Below are positions 1 through 10,173 of a DNA stretch of 64,000 nt, piece by piece. The DNA is taken from positions 2,624,001 to 2,688,000 of the forward strand of contig OZ243974.1 in the NCBI GenBank assembly GCA_965214775.1, in the 5' to 3' direction. Position 1 is the first letter of the stretch. The number at the start of each line of letters is the position of its first letter. A program made the position numbers and the translations under genes. The stretch is from Nitrosopumilus sp. (GTDB lineage: Archaea; Thermoproteota; Nitrososphaeria; Nitrososphaerales; Nitrosopumilaceae). The notes beneath the pieces are model-generated. The model did not search any database. It saw only the letters and a program-made list of their open reading frames with translations, and was not told the DNA's origin.

Positions 1-509
1 TCCGCACGATACGCGACGGTCATCACAAAGAGAAGGAAGAAGAGGTCAGGCAGGACCGGGGCAGAGAAGCTGCCGGCGCACGAGCGGCTCATCGGATTTG
101 CAACCAACGTGCCCGGAATAGATCCTGACGAGTACGGCCGCAGGCGGCGAGGTAGAGACAGGATACCGGATGATAAAGAACGCAAGGGTCAGGACACACA
201 GCAAGGGCCCGGCCGCAAGGATGCCGTGCTTTGTGTACTCGGCCGCGGTCTTCAACGCGTGGGTCATGGCAAACGCGATGATGAGGGACATGACGGGGAT
301 TATAGCAACGGGTAGAAGTCTTTGAGTCAAAGCAGGTAATAACTACACGTAAAAAACCTCAATTATTTCTGCTCGTTGCTATAGTATCGAGGATCCCCTG
401 ATCACCCAACAGTGCCTCAAGGACGTGATCATGCTCAACATAACAGACTGTAGGATGCTGCCCCAGCCCCCACCGCCGGTGCCTCCCTGAGTTACTTCTG
501 GGAAGACTG
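1..509 (+). mobile_element. ISH3-family IS, 3' part; frameshifted transposase interrupted by a MITE; right TIR at ~497-509
   Basis: Reads ...IGFATNVPGIDPDEYGRR / (frameshift) VETGYRMIKNARVRTHSK...VFNAWVMAN, the Y-R-E-K motif of IS4/ISH3. Removing the MITE restores the frame to TGA at 488-490. The end TTCTGGGAAGACTG matches the TIR of the MITE at 21011-21132. Confidence 0.75.
301..383. mobile_element. 83-bp IS630-derived MITE (copy 1 of 4)
   Basis: TATAGCAACG...CGTTGCTATA terminal inverted repeats, TA flanks; near-identical copies at 19833, 26610, 41605. Confidence 0.92.
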
Positions 510-550
510 GCTTTCCAGGTAGAATTATCTACCGATAACTTACCAGTTCC
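510..550 (-). repeat. GGAACTGGTAAGTT-type end repeat, copy A
   Basis: 40/41 identical to 3783-3823; related to 6313 and 25767. Confidence 0.85.
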
Positions 551-595
551 ATTTGATCGCTATTTTTTTATTTATCTGCGAACATACAAAAAACA

Positions 596-3031
596 TTGAC
601 TCCTGACAAAGGTTCTATATTCATCGTTCTTGCACTGATGTCTGCTATGCTACCACTGGCAGCGGCCTCTGAACAGACTGTAGATGAAGACTCCCCGGAT
701 CCTGATGTTCTAGGAGACATAATTCCGGTGCTGCCTCCCGGGCACGTGGGAATGGTGGACGAACTGCGCAAGGCGCACAGCCTCGTAACTGACATCATGG
801 TACACACGCAACAGGCAATTGTCGATGAGGGGTATGCAGACGAGGAGATTTATTTTGAGGCAGTCTGGGTTGACGAACAAACCGAGGAACTGGCGGTTAT
901 CTTGGATCCGGCTCAAACCTTTTTTGATCTCATGGATGCCCAAGACATGCAAGAGGAGCTTGGTACCACCGTTCCAATCCGCATCGAGTATGGCGTGTTT
1001 GTTCCAGATGCTCCGTTGTCAGAGGCAACACCATGTCCTGCCGATGCAGGTTCGTCTATCTGCTATTACTGGGAACGCTACATTACAAGGTGCCTGCCAG
1101 AAACGACCACAAGCAGGTGCAATACATATGCTGCAATAATCGCTACTGCGGGCTATCCGTTGCCAACCCTGCTAGATGACAACAACGCTCCGACTGATGC
1201 AGACGGCGATGGCATAAACGATGACACTGATCAATGTGATGACCAGCCTGAGACGGTAAACGGATATCAAGATGAGGACGGCTGTCCTGACACTCTGCCG
1301 ACTACAAACTCGACTACGATATTTTCAGATGACTTTGAGAGCGGATTCTCAAAGTGGACACAGACCGGACAAGAGGAATGGCAGATAGGCCTATTGGACG
1401 AAAGCGTCTACATTGATGGTGATGCTACAAACAAGGTGGCAGAAGCTGATGACTGTGATGATGAGGCCTGTATCATAACCTCGCAACCCTTTACTCTGAC
1501 TGGCTATACCGATGCAACGTTGAAGTTTTATCGATTCGTGGATAACTCCCTTGACTCAGGCGAATATCTTGAAGTTCAAGTCGGAGACAACGGCACTTAT
1601 ACACAGATATTCTACTGGACAGACGGCGACGGCGATGATGATCAGTGGCACCATGAGACGTATGATCTTGGCAATTTCTTGAGCTCAAGCAGTGTCACCA
1701 TACGGTTCCTGACCGAAGAGTCCTCTTCTGGCGAAGACGTTGGCATTGATAACGTTACAGTTACTGGCACTGTGGATGACACCGTATGCGCGCTTGATGT
1801 CACAGCTGCGCTGCAAGACAATGGGGACATCCATATATCCTGGAATGACTGCGGCAGCGACGTCAGGCGCTACAAGGTGTATTATGCAGAAGATGAGGGC
1901 GTAAGGCGTTTTATTGATAGTGAGTATAACAATACCAGTCATACTTGGTCTGGGGCAAATGATGGTACCACATACACATTTTCAGTAAAAGCACAGTACA
2001 ACGATTACACATACACGGATTACTTTGCAAGCAACCAGATAGACGTGCCGGCATCTGATACGGTGCCTCCCCAGATTACCATGCCCGCGTCGCTCGAACT
2101 TGCGGCTCAATCGGCTAATGGAACTGTAGTTACATTTGTAGCGACAGGCTATGATCTGGTAGACGGCACAGTGCAAGTCACATGCGTGCCTCCCTCTGGC
2201 AGCCTGTTTGCGGCAAGCACCAACACGACTGTTAGCTGTAGCGCAACCGACAGTTCTGACAACAGCGTATCGGGCAGTTTTTGGGTGTGGGTCGGAGAAT
2301 GGAATCCACAAACAATCCCAGCTGGCGATGTTACAATTTCTGGCGGAACTCCCTATGTTTATCGATTTGATCGTCCTGATGGAAGCTACACTACTAGTGG
2401 AGGAACAATAGCAATGGGTGCCACGCAAAATAACGCATCGGGCTTTGTGACTACGATGCATTCTTTCATTACAGAATATACTCCAACCAGCACTCAGCAG
2501 ATCGAGGTGAACCTCAACGGAGTGGATCATAGCATAGCCAGTTTCACTCATGTCTATTCACGTGAGCAGCATCACGAACAGATTGCCGATGCGGCATTTG
2601 TTCCACTAAATAATGCATATGAAATCCCTGCCGATTATCTGATTGACAGCCAAGACAACATCATCAATATCACTGGCACGGGCGGTCTGCACAGGAGTTT
2701 CGGAACACAGATTTCCATGCTAAACCAAACGCACACCATGAATGGTACGTTGACAATCTTCAATGTCACGATGCGGGATGATCGCCACATCACAAATCAC
2801 AATCAAATTCTAGGATACTGGAACAGCTCCGGTGGCAATAGCGGTGCTCCGATAATCACACGGGCGTCCAACAATAACGCAGAACTAGTCGGAATGCACA
2901 TTGGGCGCATATGCCAATACTTGGTAGAAACAGATATGCTCTCTGCATGGTATCCTACCAGTGGTTGCCAGACTGGCATTTCAGTATTGGCACCATGGGA
3001 AAACATCGTTGAATTCCTGTCGTTGAATTGA
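596..3031 (+). CDS. Large secreted multidomain trypsin-like (S1) serine protease (TSP3-like, MAM-like, FN3 and HYR modules)
   Basis: Signal peptide; DADGDGINDDTDQCDDQPETVNGYQDEDGCPD Ca-binding repeat; IFSDDFESG beta-sandwich; DTVPPQIT...VTCVPPSGSLF HYR; C-terminal triad motifs FVTTMH, DAAFV, GNSGAP. Confidence 0.8.
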   Translation: MTPDKGSIFIVLALMSAMLPLAAASEQTVDEDSPDPDVLGDIIPVLPPGHVGMVDELRKAHSLVTDIMVHTQQAIVDEGYADEEIYFEAVWVDEQTEELAVILDPAQTFFDLMDAQDMQEELGTTVPIRIEYGVFVPDAPLSEATPCPADAGSSICYYWERYITRCLPETTTSRCNTYAAIIATAGYPLPTLLDDNNAPTDADGDGINDDTDQCDDQPETVNGYQDEDGCPDTLPTTNSTTIFSDDFESGFSKWTQTGQEEWQIGLLDESVYIDGDATNKVAEADDCDDEACIITSQPFTLTGYTDATLKFYRFVDNSLDSGEYLEVQVGDNGTYTQIFYWTDGDGDDDQWHHETYDLGNFLSSSSVTIRFLTEESSSGEDVGIDNVTVTGTVDDTVCALDVTAALQDNGDIHISWNDCGSDVRRYKVYYAEDEGVRRFIDSEYNNTSHTWSGANDGTTYTFSVKAQYNDYTYTDYFASNQIDVPASDTVPPQITMPASLELAAQSANGTVVTFVATGYDLVDGTVQVTCVPPSGSLFAASTNTTVSCSATDSSDNSVSGSFWVWVGEWNPQTIPAGDVTISGGTPYVYRFDRPDGSYTTSGGTIAMGATQNNASGFVTTMHSFITEYTPTSTQQIEVNLNGVDHSIASFTHVYSREQHHEQIADAAFVPLNNAYEIPADYLIDSQDNIINITGTGGLHRSFGTQISMLNQTHTMNGTLTIFNVTMRDDRHITNHNQILGYWNSSGGNSGAPIITRASNNNAELVGMHIGRICQYLVETDMLSAWYPTSGCQTGISVLAPWENIVEFLSLN

Positions 3032-3402
3032 AAAAATTCATTTTTATTCTCATTTTCTTTTGCTTTTCAATCCCGGCAGCTTTTGCTTACATTGACCTTG
3101 AAATTCAGGATAGTTATTGCCTGCACATAGGTCGGATTTACACTATGGAATTTTGCGGAACGCTGGAATCTGTAAGACAGTATGCCCTCGAGTATACATT
3201 CTGCTATGGGGAATCCAGGTCCACGTGCACCATACTCTATCCCTATGGCAGGTGCGAGCCTACCAACTATGGACGAATTCCGCAGTATCCGTGCATTTCA
3301 GAGTCCTGGCCAATCACGGAAAAGTCACACTTCAACGGATTATGGTGGGATTTTCGTTCATTGGAACATAGCATCTCTCTAGCCAATCCGGCAAATCACT
3401 GA
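3028..3402 (+). CDS. Small secreted Cys-rich protein
   Basis: Signal peptide MKKFIFILIFFCFSIPAAFA, 6 Cys in mature part, 4-bp overlap with protease stop. Confidence 0.65.
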   Translation: MKKFIFILIFFCFSIPAAFAYIDLEIQDSYCLHIGRIYTMEFCGTLESVRQYALEYTFCYGESRSTCTILYPYGRCEPTNYGRIPQYPCISESWPITEKSHFNGLWWDFRSLEHSISLANPANH

Positions 3403-3415
3403 ACAGATTAGCCTT

Positions 3416-3770
3416 CCCTCAACGCTGGTCTCAGACGGAGCTTCAAACTTTCACCATGCCTGGAGAAAGCAGTATAAACCAAGGAACTTTCTGCACAAGG
3501 ATGCCGAACACCGCAGGCACATCCACATGGCAGGCGATACGAACAACAACCAGATGGAGTCATTCAACGGCAACACGCTGAGGGCAAGGGAGAAGGTCAT
3601 TTGTGGCATCAAGAAGAACGACTCTGCCATACTCAAGTGGATGCAGCTTCACCACAACTATATCCGCCCACATCAGGGTCTTGACGGTGACACGCCTGCC
3701 GACAGGGCCGGAATCAGGATTCAGGGGGACAACAAGTGGAAAACCATGATTCAGACGCATCTAAAGATGG
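3416..3770 (+). pseudogene. C-terminal fragment of IS6-like/rve DDE transposase
   Basis: In frame from 3416: PSTLVSDGASNF...NNNQMESFNGNTLR...HHNYIRPHQGLDGDTPADRAGI; N-terminus absent. Confidence 0.75.
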
Positions 3771-3771
3771 T

Positions 3772-3823
3772 GATCTACCGACGCTTTCCAGGCAGAATTA
3801 TCTACCGATAACTTACCAGTTCC
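3772..3823 (-). repeat. GGAACTGGTAAGTT-type end repeat, copy B
   Basis: Contains ATCTACCGA twice; sits at the accessory/core junction. Confidence 0.85.
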
Positions 3824-3866
3824 TTTGGCAGGAAAGAAATAATAGGTTTGAAAAAAATCACAAGTC

Positions 3867-4232
3867 ATGGCAGTTCCGAAAAAGGGAGGATACATCGGTA
3901 AATTCCTCAAGCGTGCAGACAAGGCATTGCAGGACGGAGTGAAAAAGGCAGATGAAATTTTAGATGACGCCGTTGAATTTGGCGAGATGACTGCAAAGCA
4001 GGCGGCAAAGACCAGCAGGGAACTGCAAAATCAGGCAAAGAAGGAGAGGATTGCACTGCAGAAAAGAGGGGCAAAGAAGATCAACGAAGGCATCACTGCC
4101 GCAAAAAAAATCACGTCAAATACTGACGAAGATTTAGCGACATTGGAGATGCTAGGAAGACTTAGAAAATCAGGAGTGATCACCGAAAGGGAATTTCAAG
4201 CAAAGAAAAAGAAAATCCTGGGAAGAATCTGA
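3867..4232 (+). CDS. Coiled-coil protein with C-terminal SHOCT domain
   Basis: LEMLGRLRKSGVITEREFQAKKKKIL SHOCT motif. Confidence 0.85.
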   Translation: MAVPKKGGYIGKFLKRADKALQDGVKKADEILDDAVEFGEMTAKQAAKTSRELQNQAKKERIALQKRGAKKINEGITAAKKITSNTDEDLATLEMLGRLRKSGVITEREFQAKKKKILGRI

Positions 4233-4694
4233 ATGGAAAAAACAAACATCGGCGGCAGGGGGGACCAGAGAAAGGTAAATCCAAACTGGTTTACAGGCAG
4301 AACATGGATGAAAGTGCTGTCTGAGAGGATAGGATCAGAGGATCAAGACATTTACCACGTTCACTTTCAAAATGGCTCCAGAACGAAGCTTCATTTGCAT
4401 ACCGGAAACCAGCTGCTCATTGCAACAAAGGGTATCGGAAGTCTGGAGATCTTCAGAAGATTCGGCAGTAAAAAAACAGAATTCAAGATTAAAAGGACCA
4501 GGAAGATCACGCTCAAGGAAGGAGACATCGTCCACATCCCATCAAAAATACTGCATACACACGGTTCTGTTGACAGAAAGAAGGAATTTGCGCACATTGC
4601 AATCAACATTCTGCCAAGAAAAGGCGCAGAATACAAAACAGTCTGGTACGAGTCTGATTTCAAATCAAGGGTTTCAGAAATTATCCAAACATGA
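4233..4694 (+). CDS. Cupin domain protein
   Basis: HLHTGNQLL and GDIVHIPSKILHTHG cupin motifs. Confidence 0.85.
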   Translation: MEKTNIGGRGDQRKVNPNWFTGRTWMKVLSERIGSEDQDIYHVHFQNGSRTKLHLHTGNQLLIATKGIGSLEIFRRFGSKKTEFKIKRTRKITLKEGDIVHIPSKILHTHGSVDRKKEFAHIAINILPRKGAEYKTVWYESDFKSRVSEIIQT

Positions 4695-5095
4695 CAATTC
4701 TGAGAAATTCTGAAATTCAAACGATTCATGGAAATGAAGGAACATACATCAAGCAGTATTTTCATCCACACAACACACTGAATGGAATTTCATACAGCAT
4801 TGCCCATTTCTCGCTTGAGCCAAACAAGGAGACACTGCTGTACAAACTGACATCATCAGAGATCTATTACATTCTAGAAGGCAGAGTGGTCTTTATCATG
4901 GGCGCAGAAGAGTCTGAAATCAGGAAAGACGACTCGATTTATGTGACGCCCAACGCAGAGCAAAAAATCAGGAACACGGGTGCGGATCTTTTGAAGTTCC
5001 TGTGCATTGTAGAGCCTGCATGGACACATGACTGTGAAAAATCCTGGAATAGCCGCCTGCAACACATGCAACTGTTTTTAAAATATGAGGGATAG
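4691..5095 (+). CDS. Cupin domain protein (C-terminus possibly extended by a 1-nt loss in an A run near 5040)
   Basis: EIYYILEG...DSIYVTPN...IRNTG...LKFLCIVEPAW; one more A would give ...EKILE-stop at ~5052. Confidence 0.8.
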   Translation: MTILRNSEIQTIHGNEGTYIKQYFHPHNTLNGISYSIAHFSLEPNKETLLYKLTSSEIYYILEGRVVFIMGAEESEIRKDDSIYVTPNAEQKIRNTGADLLKFLCIVEPAWTHDCEKSWNSRLQHMQLFLKYEG

Positions 5096-5103
5096 AGAAG
5101 TTT

Positions 5104-5778
5104 ATGAACAGGTACCAGGCCCAGCGCGTCTTGAATACAGGCCCGGACTCGTCACAAAACGAGATCAAGGCAGCGTATAGAAGACTGGTACTGGAGGTTC
5201 ACCCCGATAAAAGCCAGGACAAGAACAAAGACGAAGAAGAATTCAAAAAGATTACCGAGGCCTACAACATCCTAAAAGACGACAAAGTCCGAAAGGGATC
5301 CCGGGATCATACGAGCCCAAAAGACAGGACTGGGGCCGATTTCAAGGGAAATCCACAGTGGGGGGCACCAAAAGACAAAAAGACTCCGGAACAGGACTGG
5401 GGAAAGTATACCAGAGAATTTGAGGAGGGAGACCCTGATTTTTGGAAAGAGTATGAAAGAAAGTTCTGGGAGGATTACAATGCCAAGATAAGGGCCGATG
5501 GCAAAAACGGGGAATTTGACAAAGCAAAGGAGCCCAAAAGGCAGCCGAACCTTTTCGTTGATGTCGACAAGAGTCTGTGCATCGGCTGCTGCAGCTGCGA
5601 GATTATTGCGCCAGAGGTTTTTCAGATAGACAAGGAGGGAAAATTCAATCCAAAATCAACGGTGATTGATCAAAAGGGGGCGGGGGTAAACAAGATAATG
5701 AATGCCGCAGAAACGTGTCCGACAAAGGCAATCATTGTCGAAGACACAGACTCCAAGGAAAGGCTGTACCCCTACTAG
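5104..5778 (+). CDS. DnaJ domain-ferredoxin fusion (DnaJ-Fer)
   Basis: HPD J-domain; CIGCCSCEIIAP...CPTKAI Fe-S motif. Confidence 0.92.
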   Translation: MNRYQAQRVLNTGPDSSQNEIKAAYRRLVLEVHPDKSQDKNKDEEEFKKITEAYNILKDDKVRKGSRDHTSPKDRTGADFKGNPQWGAPKDKKTPEQDWGKYTREFEEGDPDFWKEYERKFWEDYNAKIRADGKNGEFDKAKEPKRQPNLFVDVDKSLCIGCCSCEIIAPEVFQIDKEGKFNPKSTVIDQKGAGVNKIMNAAETCPTKAIIVEDTDSKERLYPY

Positions 5779-5783
5779 GTTGG

Positions 5784-6191
5784 TCATAGTTTTAATTTGT
5801 CATGCAGCTCTTCAGTCTCAGATTCTGTCAGTTCGATCTTCGAGTCAAACATGCTGTGAATCGGACCTGCCGCATCAGAGCTGCTTCTTGGAACCAGATG
5901 AACGTGAACATGTGGGATTTCCTGCCCGGCATCCTTTCCGTTATGCACTGCCAGCAGTGTGGAGCCGTATATGGCATCCACCCGGGAAATCATCTCATGC
6001 ACCAGTGAAAACAAGTCAGCGTTCTCTTCTTTGCTCATGTCCTGGATTTTTTCATAGTGGTTTTTTGGAACTGCCAAGACGTGTCCCTTTGATAAGGGAA
6101 ACGCGTCCATGAATGAAGCAGAGTGTTCGGTCTGAGCCAGAAACTTTGCGGGAATTTCTCCTGAAATAATTTTGCAAAAGACGCAATCCAT
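5784..6191 (-). CDS. HIT family nucleotide hydrolase
   Basis: MDCVFCKI start; AGQEIPHVHVHLVPR histidine triad. Confidence 0.93.
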   Translation of the reverse strand: MDCVFCKIISGEIPAKFLAQTEHSASFMDAFPLSKGHVLAVPKNHYEKIQDMSKEENADLFSLVHEMISRVDAIYGSTLLAVHNGKDAGQEIPHVHVHLVPRSSSDAAGPIHSMFDSKIELTESETEELHDKLKL

Positions 6192-6312
6192 GACCATGTA
6201 AGAAACCTGATCATAATAGACTTTCCTTCTAGACGAATTAGGTGAAATTTCCAACTGGTACACGCCTAGCGATATGGAGGACGCCGGTCGCCACGGTTTC
6301 GGGACGCGGAAT

Positions 6313-6365
6313 GGAACTGGTAAGTTAACGTGTGTTTCTTCTCTCTGGAAAGTGTCGGGTGCTGG
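6313..6365 (+). repeat. GGAACTGGTAAGTT-type end repeat, copy C
   Basis: GGAACTGGTAAGTTA...TTCTCTCTGGAAAGTGTCGG; start of an accessory island. Confidence 0.75.
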
Positions 6366-6443
6366 TATTCTGGATTAGTGTCTTCCACTTGCTGTCTCCC
6401 TGAACCCTGATAGAAAACATAAAAAATAAGAATGGTGGCATGG

Positions 6444-6845
6444 TTAGTTTTGTAGTTGTAGCCTAGCCTTCATAAATGACCAGTCATGGGCGTAATTATA
6501 TCCCTCATGAGTACCAATATTCATTCCTCCATAGTGCTGATTAGAAATCAATATGATCGGTGCCCCGCTATCTCGGTCTTGGGTGCTTAGGCCAGATATT
6601 CTATACAAGTCACTGTACCAGGCCCCATCGAAGCTTTTCCATTGATTTACTTGTTCCACTCTCCCGTAGTCCAGTTGTTGTGTTTGGGCTCCGTATGTAA
6701 AGACCAGTGAATTTGGTTGTATGTCCGATTTGCCAAGAGTGACATAGTCCTGCGAGCCGACAGTTATTCTGGACGTGTTGACGGATCTGGAATCTGCCTC
6801 CACAAATCTACAGTCGCAGAAGGGTCCCCCATATATGCTACTATC
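6444..6845 (-). pseudogene. C-terminal fragment of trypsin-like serine protease, truncated by a MITE
   Basis: CDCRFV (Asp) and DRDSGAPII (Ser) motifs; the 5' part of the listed ORF is MITE sequence. Confidence 0.7.
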
Positions 6846-6975
6846 GGGGTTGTCGCCTAATTCCACTTATTTGACTCAATCTGCGCGTTTTTCTGAATTT
6901 CCGCCCTTTTACACGCCTGATCCATATGGCAACTCAATGGTTTTCAGGAATTCCGACGAATTAGGAAACAACCAC
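6846..6975. mobile_element. 130-bp MITE with GGGGTTGTCGCCTAATTC ends
   Basis: 18-bp TIR; copies at 20043, 43943, 49272, remnant at 36117. Confidence 0.88.
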
Positions 6976-7265
6976 GCCCGTACCATACGGAGGATGACTC
7001 CATGACTCACTTTGCATTCTCCGGAATCCCTGCAAATGTCTACCTTATCTCGTCATCATTGTTGCCGACTCTTGTGTTGCTCAGCACCTTGCCTTTCTTG
7101 TCCATCACCGCGACCTAGATGAACTCCTTGTGCACGTCCAGGCCGACATGCTGCTGCACCGCCTTTGATTTCACACGTATCCTCTTTTTTGGAGTAATCT
7201 GTCTGTTTGCACTGCCCTTTATTTTGGCACCATCTGAATTTTGTTTTTGAGACACATATGATTAC
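6976..7265 (-). pseudogene. IS110 transposase N-terminal remnant (paralog of 42242)
   Basis: VGLDVHKEFI*VAVMDKKGKV...VMESS with in-frame stops; DNA similar to 42235-42505. Confidence 0.85.
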
Positions 7266-7272
7266 ATTTGAC

Positions 7273-8181
7273 TTAGCTGTTCCCGTAAAACCCCCCCAGC
7301 ACTGCTGCGCCCAGCATACCAGACGAGTCTCCTAGTCTGTTTTGCAGTATGGGCGTAGTATTCCTGTCCCCGTAAAGCGAATGACGGCGAACACTTTCCA
7401 CCCCCTCGTCGTACAGGAACCGTATGTTGGATACCCCTCCACCGACGACTATGACATCAGGATCCAGTATCGAGATGACGCCTGCCAGTGCCGTCCCAAA
7501 ATCGTCTAGGAACTCCTCCTTCCATCTCAGGCCGTTCTCCGATTCAAGAAGGGACGGCGATGCGACGATCGCTGGGACCGTTTCGGTGCCACCTGTGATC
7601 TCCGTCCATCTGCGTTCAAGCGCAGGGCCCGATATGTACATTATGGCGCATCCCTTTCTTCCGCAGCTGCAGTCGACGCCGTTGTGGTATAATGTTGCAT
7701 GTCCCCACTCCCCTGCCAGACCCATGCGCCCGTCCTGTATCGCCCCATCTATTACTATGCCGCCTCCTACCCCCGTTCCCATTATGATGCCAAACACGGT
7801 ACGATACTGCCGCCCTGCACCCATGGTGGCCTCGGCCAACGTGAAGCAGTTTGCGTCATTTTCGACAAAAACCCTCCGTGACAGTGACTCCTCCAAGCCC
7901 TTTCTTATGTATGCGGCGTATTCAGACGAGGGAGAACCTGGCATGCCGATGCCGACGGTGGCATCACCCCCCCCCCCTCTCCGTGCCGTTTCGGCGGATT
8001 CGACGTCACCTACAAGTCTGGTGATCGTCTCCACGGTGTCATTCAAGTCGTTTTGTGGGGCAGCAACGCGTTTTCTTGACACCATGTTGTACGAGCCGTC
8101 CAGACGCACCGCCTCGATCTTGGTGCCCCCGACGTCTACGCCTATTCTCCATTGTGCATCCGTCGCTTCCTGAAGCCCCAT
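7273..8181 (-). CDS. ROK family sugar kinase
   Basis: GVDVGGTK, VENDANCFTLAE, GTGVGGG, GEWGH...CSCGRKGC motifs. Confidence 0.92.
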   Translation of the reverse strand: MGLQEATDAQWRIGVDVGGTKIEAVRLDGSYNMVSRKRVAAPQNDLNDTVETITRLVGDVESAETARRGGGGDATVGIGMPGSPSSEYAAYIRKGLEESLSRRVFVENDANCFTLAEATMGAGRQYRTVFGIIMGTGVGGGIVIDGAIQDGRMGLAGEWGHATLYHNGVDCSCGRKGCAIMYISGPALERRWTEITGGTETVPAIVASPSLLESENGLRWKEEFLDDFGTALAGVISILDPDVIVVGGGVSNIRFLYDEGVESVRRHSLYGDRNTTPILQNRLGDSSGMLGAAVLGGFYGNS

Positions 8182-8301
8182 AAGAATACCGTATGACGGT
8201 CGTATATATAGTGACGATTGAAAGTCTCTGAGTATGTGGTCGTAGTAACTATGCGTAGTAACCAATCATAAAAAGGACAAGAAAATTTTCACCAATAGAA
8301 C

Positions 8302-9320
8302 TATACTGACGATCATTGAAAATTTCGCCTTCCTTACACGCGGCGCTCAAGATATTTGTAGATGTCAACCTTGATGGAACACGTCCTAAAGTATTCTGAG
8401 ACGGCTCTTTTGAGGTGATCTGCCGTATCGTAAAAGACAGATGTGACCAGCCTGTACTTGGCGTCCTTCCAGATTGGCTCTATGCCACTCAGCTCCGGCC
8501 TAGCTACCGGCAGGTACAGCAGGACAACGTCGGGATTTTTCTTCAGGTACCTGCGGACCCTTCCGGTCTTGTGCTGTGCTGCGTTATCCATCACAATCAG
8601 AACCTTTCCCCACTTTTTGTGCGCCTGCTTGAGATAACGCACAAAGTTTATGCTGTTGAACTTGTCGTATGTGCGCATCAGCCTGGTTCCGTCGTCTGCA
8701 ATCGTTCCGTATACCACGACACGTTCCCTCCTGCCGGATCGTTGCACCTCGATCCTGTCCCCCACTGGCGACCAGAACTTTCTGCCGTCCCTTCCCGTAC
8801 TGACGAATATCGACTCGTCCTGTACGGTTATCCTAAATCCGCGCCTTTTTGCAAGCGCAATCGTGTCTTTTGCCTCCCTTTGCCACCGTCTTACCTCCTT
8901 TGCGTCGGCAGCATTTGCCAGCTTGGTAGTTGTCGTCTTTAGCGAGAATCCCATCGTGTGCAGGATTCTTCTGATGCTTCCCACGCTGTATGTGACATGC
9001 AGCCTGCGGCGCACCCAGTTGCACAGCTTCTTCGGGGTGAGCTTTTCCATCCTGCGCAACTTTGTGGCGATCTTTTTTATCCTGCCGACTGGGACCTTTG
9101 GCTTTTTGCCCCTGTCAGGGGAGTCACGAAGGCCGTCAACGCCGTCAAGCTCGAATCTATTGATCCACATCTGTACTGTACGCTGTGTCACGTTGGCAAT
9201 CTCTGCGGTCTGTGCGGTGGTGTTGCCAAGCAGTACGGAGCGCACCGCTAGGATTCTGGTATAAACTCTGTTATCCTTTTCGACACATATGGCATCCGTG
9301 AGGATTTTCGTCTTGTCCAT
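8302..9320 (-). mobile_element. IS630 family element; transposase 8334-9320 intact, 5' end displaced by IS110
   Basis: HTH plus DESIF, DNAAQH, PELSGIE catalytic motifs. Confidence 0.9.
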
Positions 9321-10062
9321 GTCAGGAGGGCCATGGATGGAGATCTCCCATATGAAATCGTACCTAATCCTACCGTGGACCCTTGCCAGCTCGATGTTCC
9401 GAATCAGGACAATGTTGCTATGCGATGCATCCTCTTATACTTTCTCTGCGTGAGAGTCTTGTTCTGAGTGCGGTACTCTTCTCCGGTGGTCAGCATGTGC
9501 CAGATTATCTCCAGCATATGCCTTGCAACTGCAATCTTTGCCTTCTGCCATCCTCGTCTCTTTCTTATCCTTTCATGTATCGCACCAAGCCTTGGGTCGT
9601 TTCGTGCTGCGACTGTGGCCGAGTTGACAATAGCCTGGCACAGCCACACGGATCCCTGCTTTGTTATGCCGCCTCCTTTGTGTCTGTCTGCGCTGTCCCT
9701 GCGCGAGGGAGTCAGCCCTGCATACGAGACGAGCTTCTCCGGAGTGGCAAACCTCCTGATATCTGCTATCTCAGAGATTATCGTCAGTGCAGAGACATGG
9801 CTTATTCCAGGCATGGTCATAATCGTCTTGGCCCTCGGATCGCTTTCGGATACGGAGGCAATGCTGCGCTCCAGATCCTTTATCTGATCCTGTATCCTCT
9901 TGATGTCATCAAGGTACATCTTCACCGTTGCCGCGTCAATCTCTGACATCTTTATCCCGTCTTGGATGTACTGTATGGCAGAAATCGTAAACGTCTTGTG
10001 CGTGGGCAGATCATAGTCATATTTTGCAAGTATTGCGTGTATCTTGTTCTTGCACCTGGTGG

Positions 10063-10173
10063 GTAACAGGTCGGGCTCTGGAAGCTGTTCCTGATTTCAG
10101 GCACAGATTCCATTTGATCGGCATTCATTAGTGGCAAAATTCATGCCTGAACTTCCAGAACCCGACCTGTTAC
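10063..10173. mobile_element. 111-bp IS66-type MITE
   Basis: GTAACAGGTCGGG...CCCGACCTGTTAC TIR; 8-bp TSD CCTGGTGG at 10055-10062 and 10174-10181. Confidence 0.92.

Noticed and set aside
5104-5778. DnaJ-ferredoxin fusion as novel
   Set aside because: Already described in Thaumarchaeota.
6330-6352. TTCCAG...GAA within the GGAACTGG repeat as ORB origin box
   Set aside because: Spacing differs from the ORB consensus, copies are dispersed, and no orc1/cdc6 is nearby.
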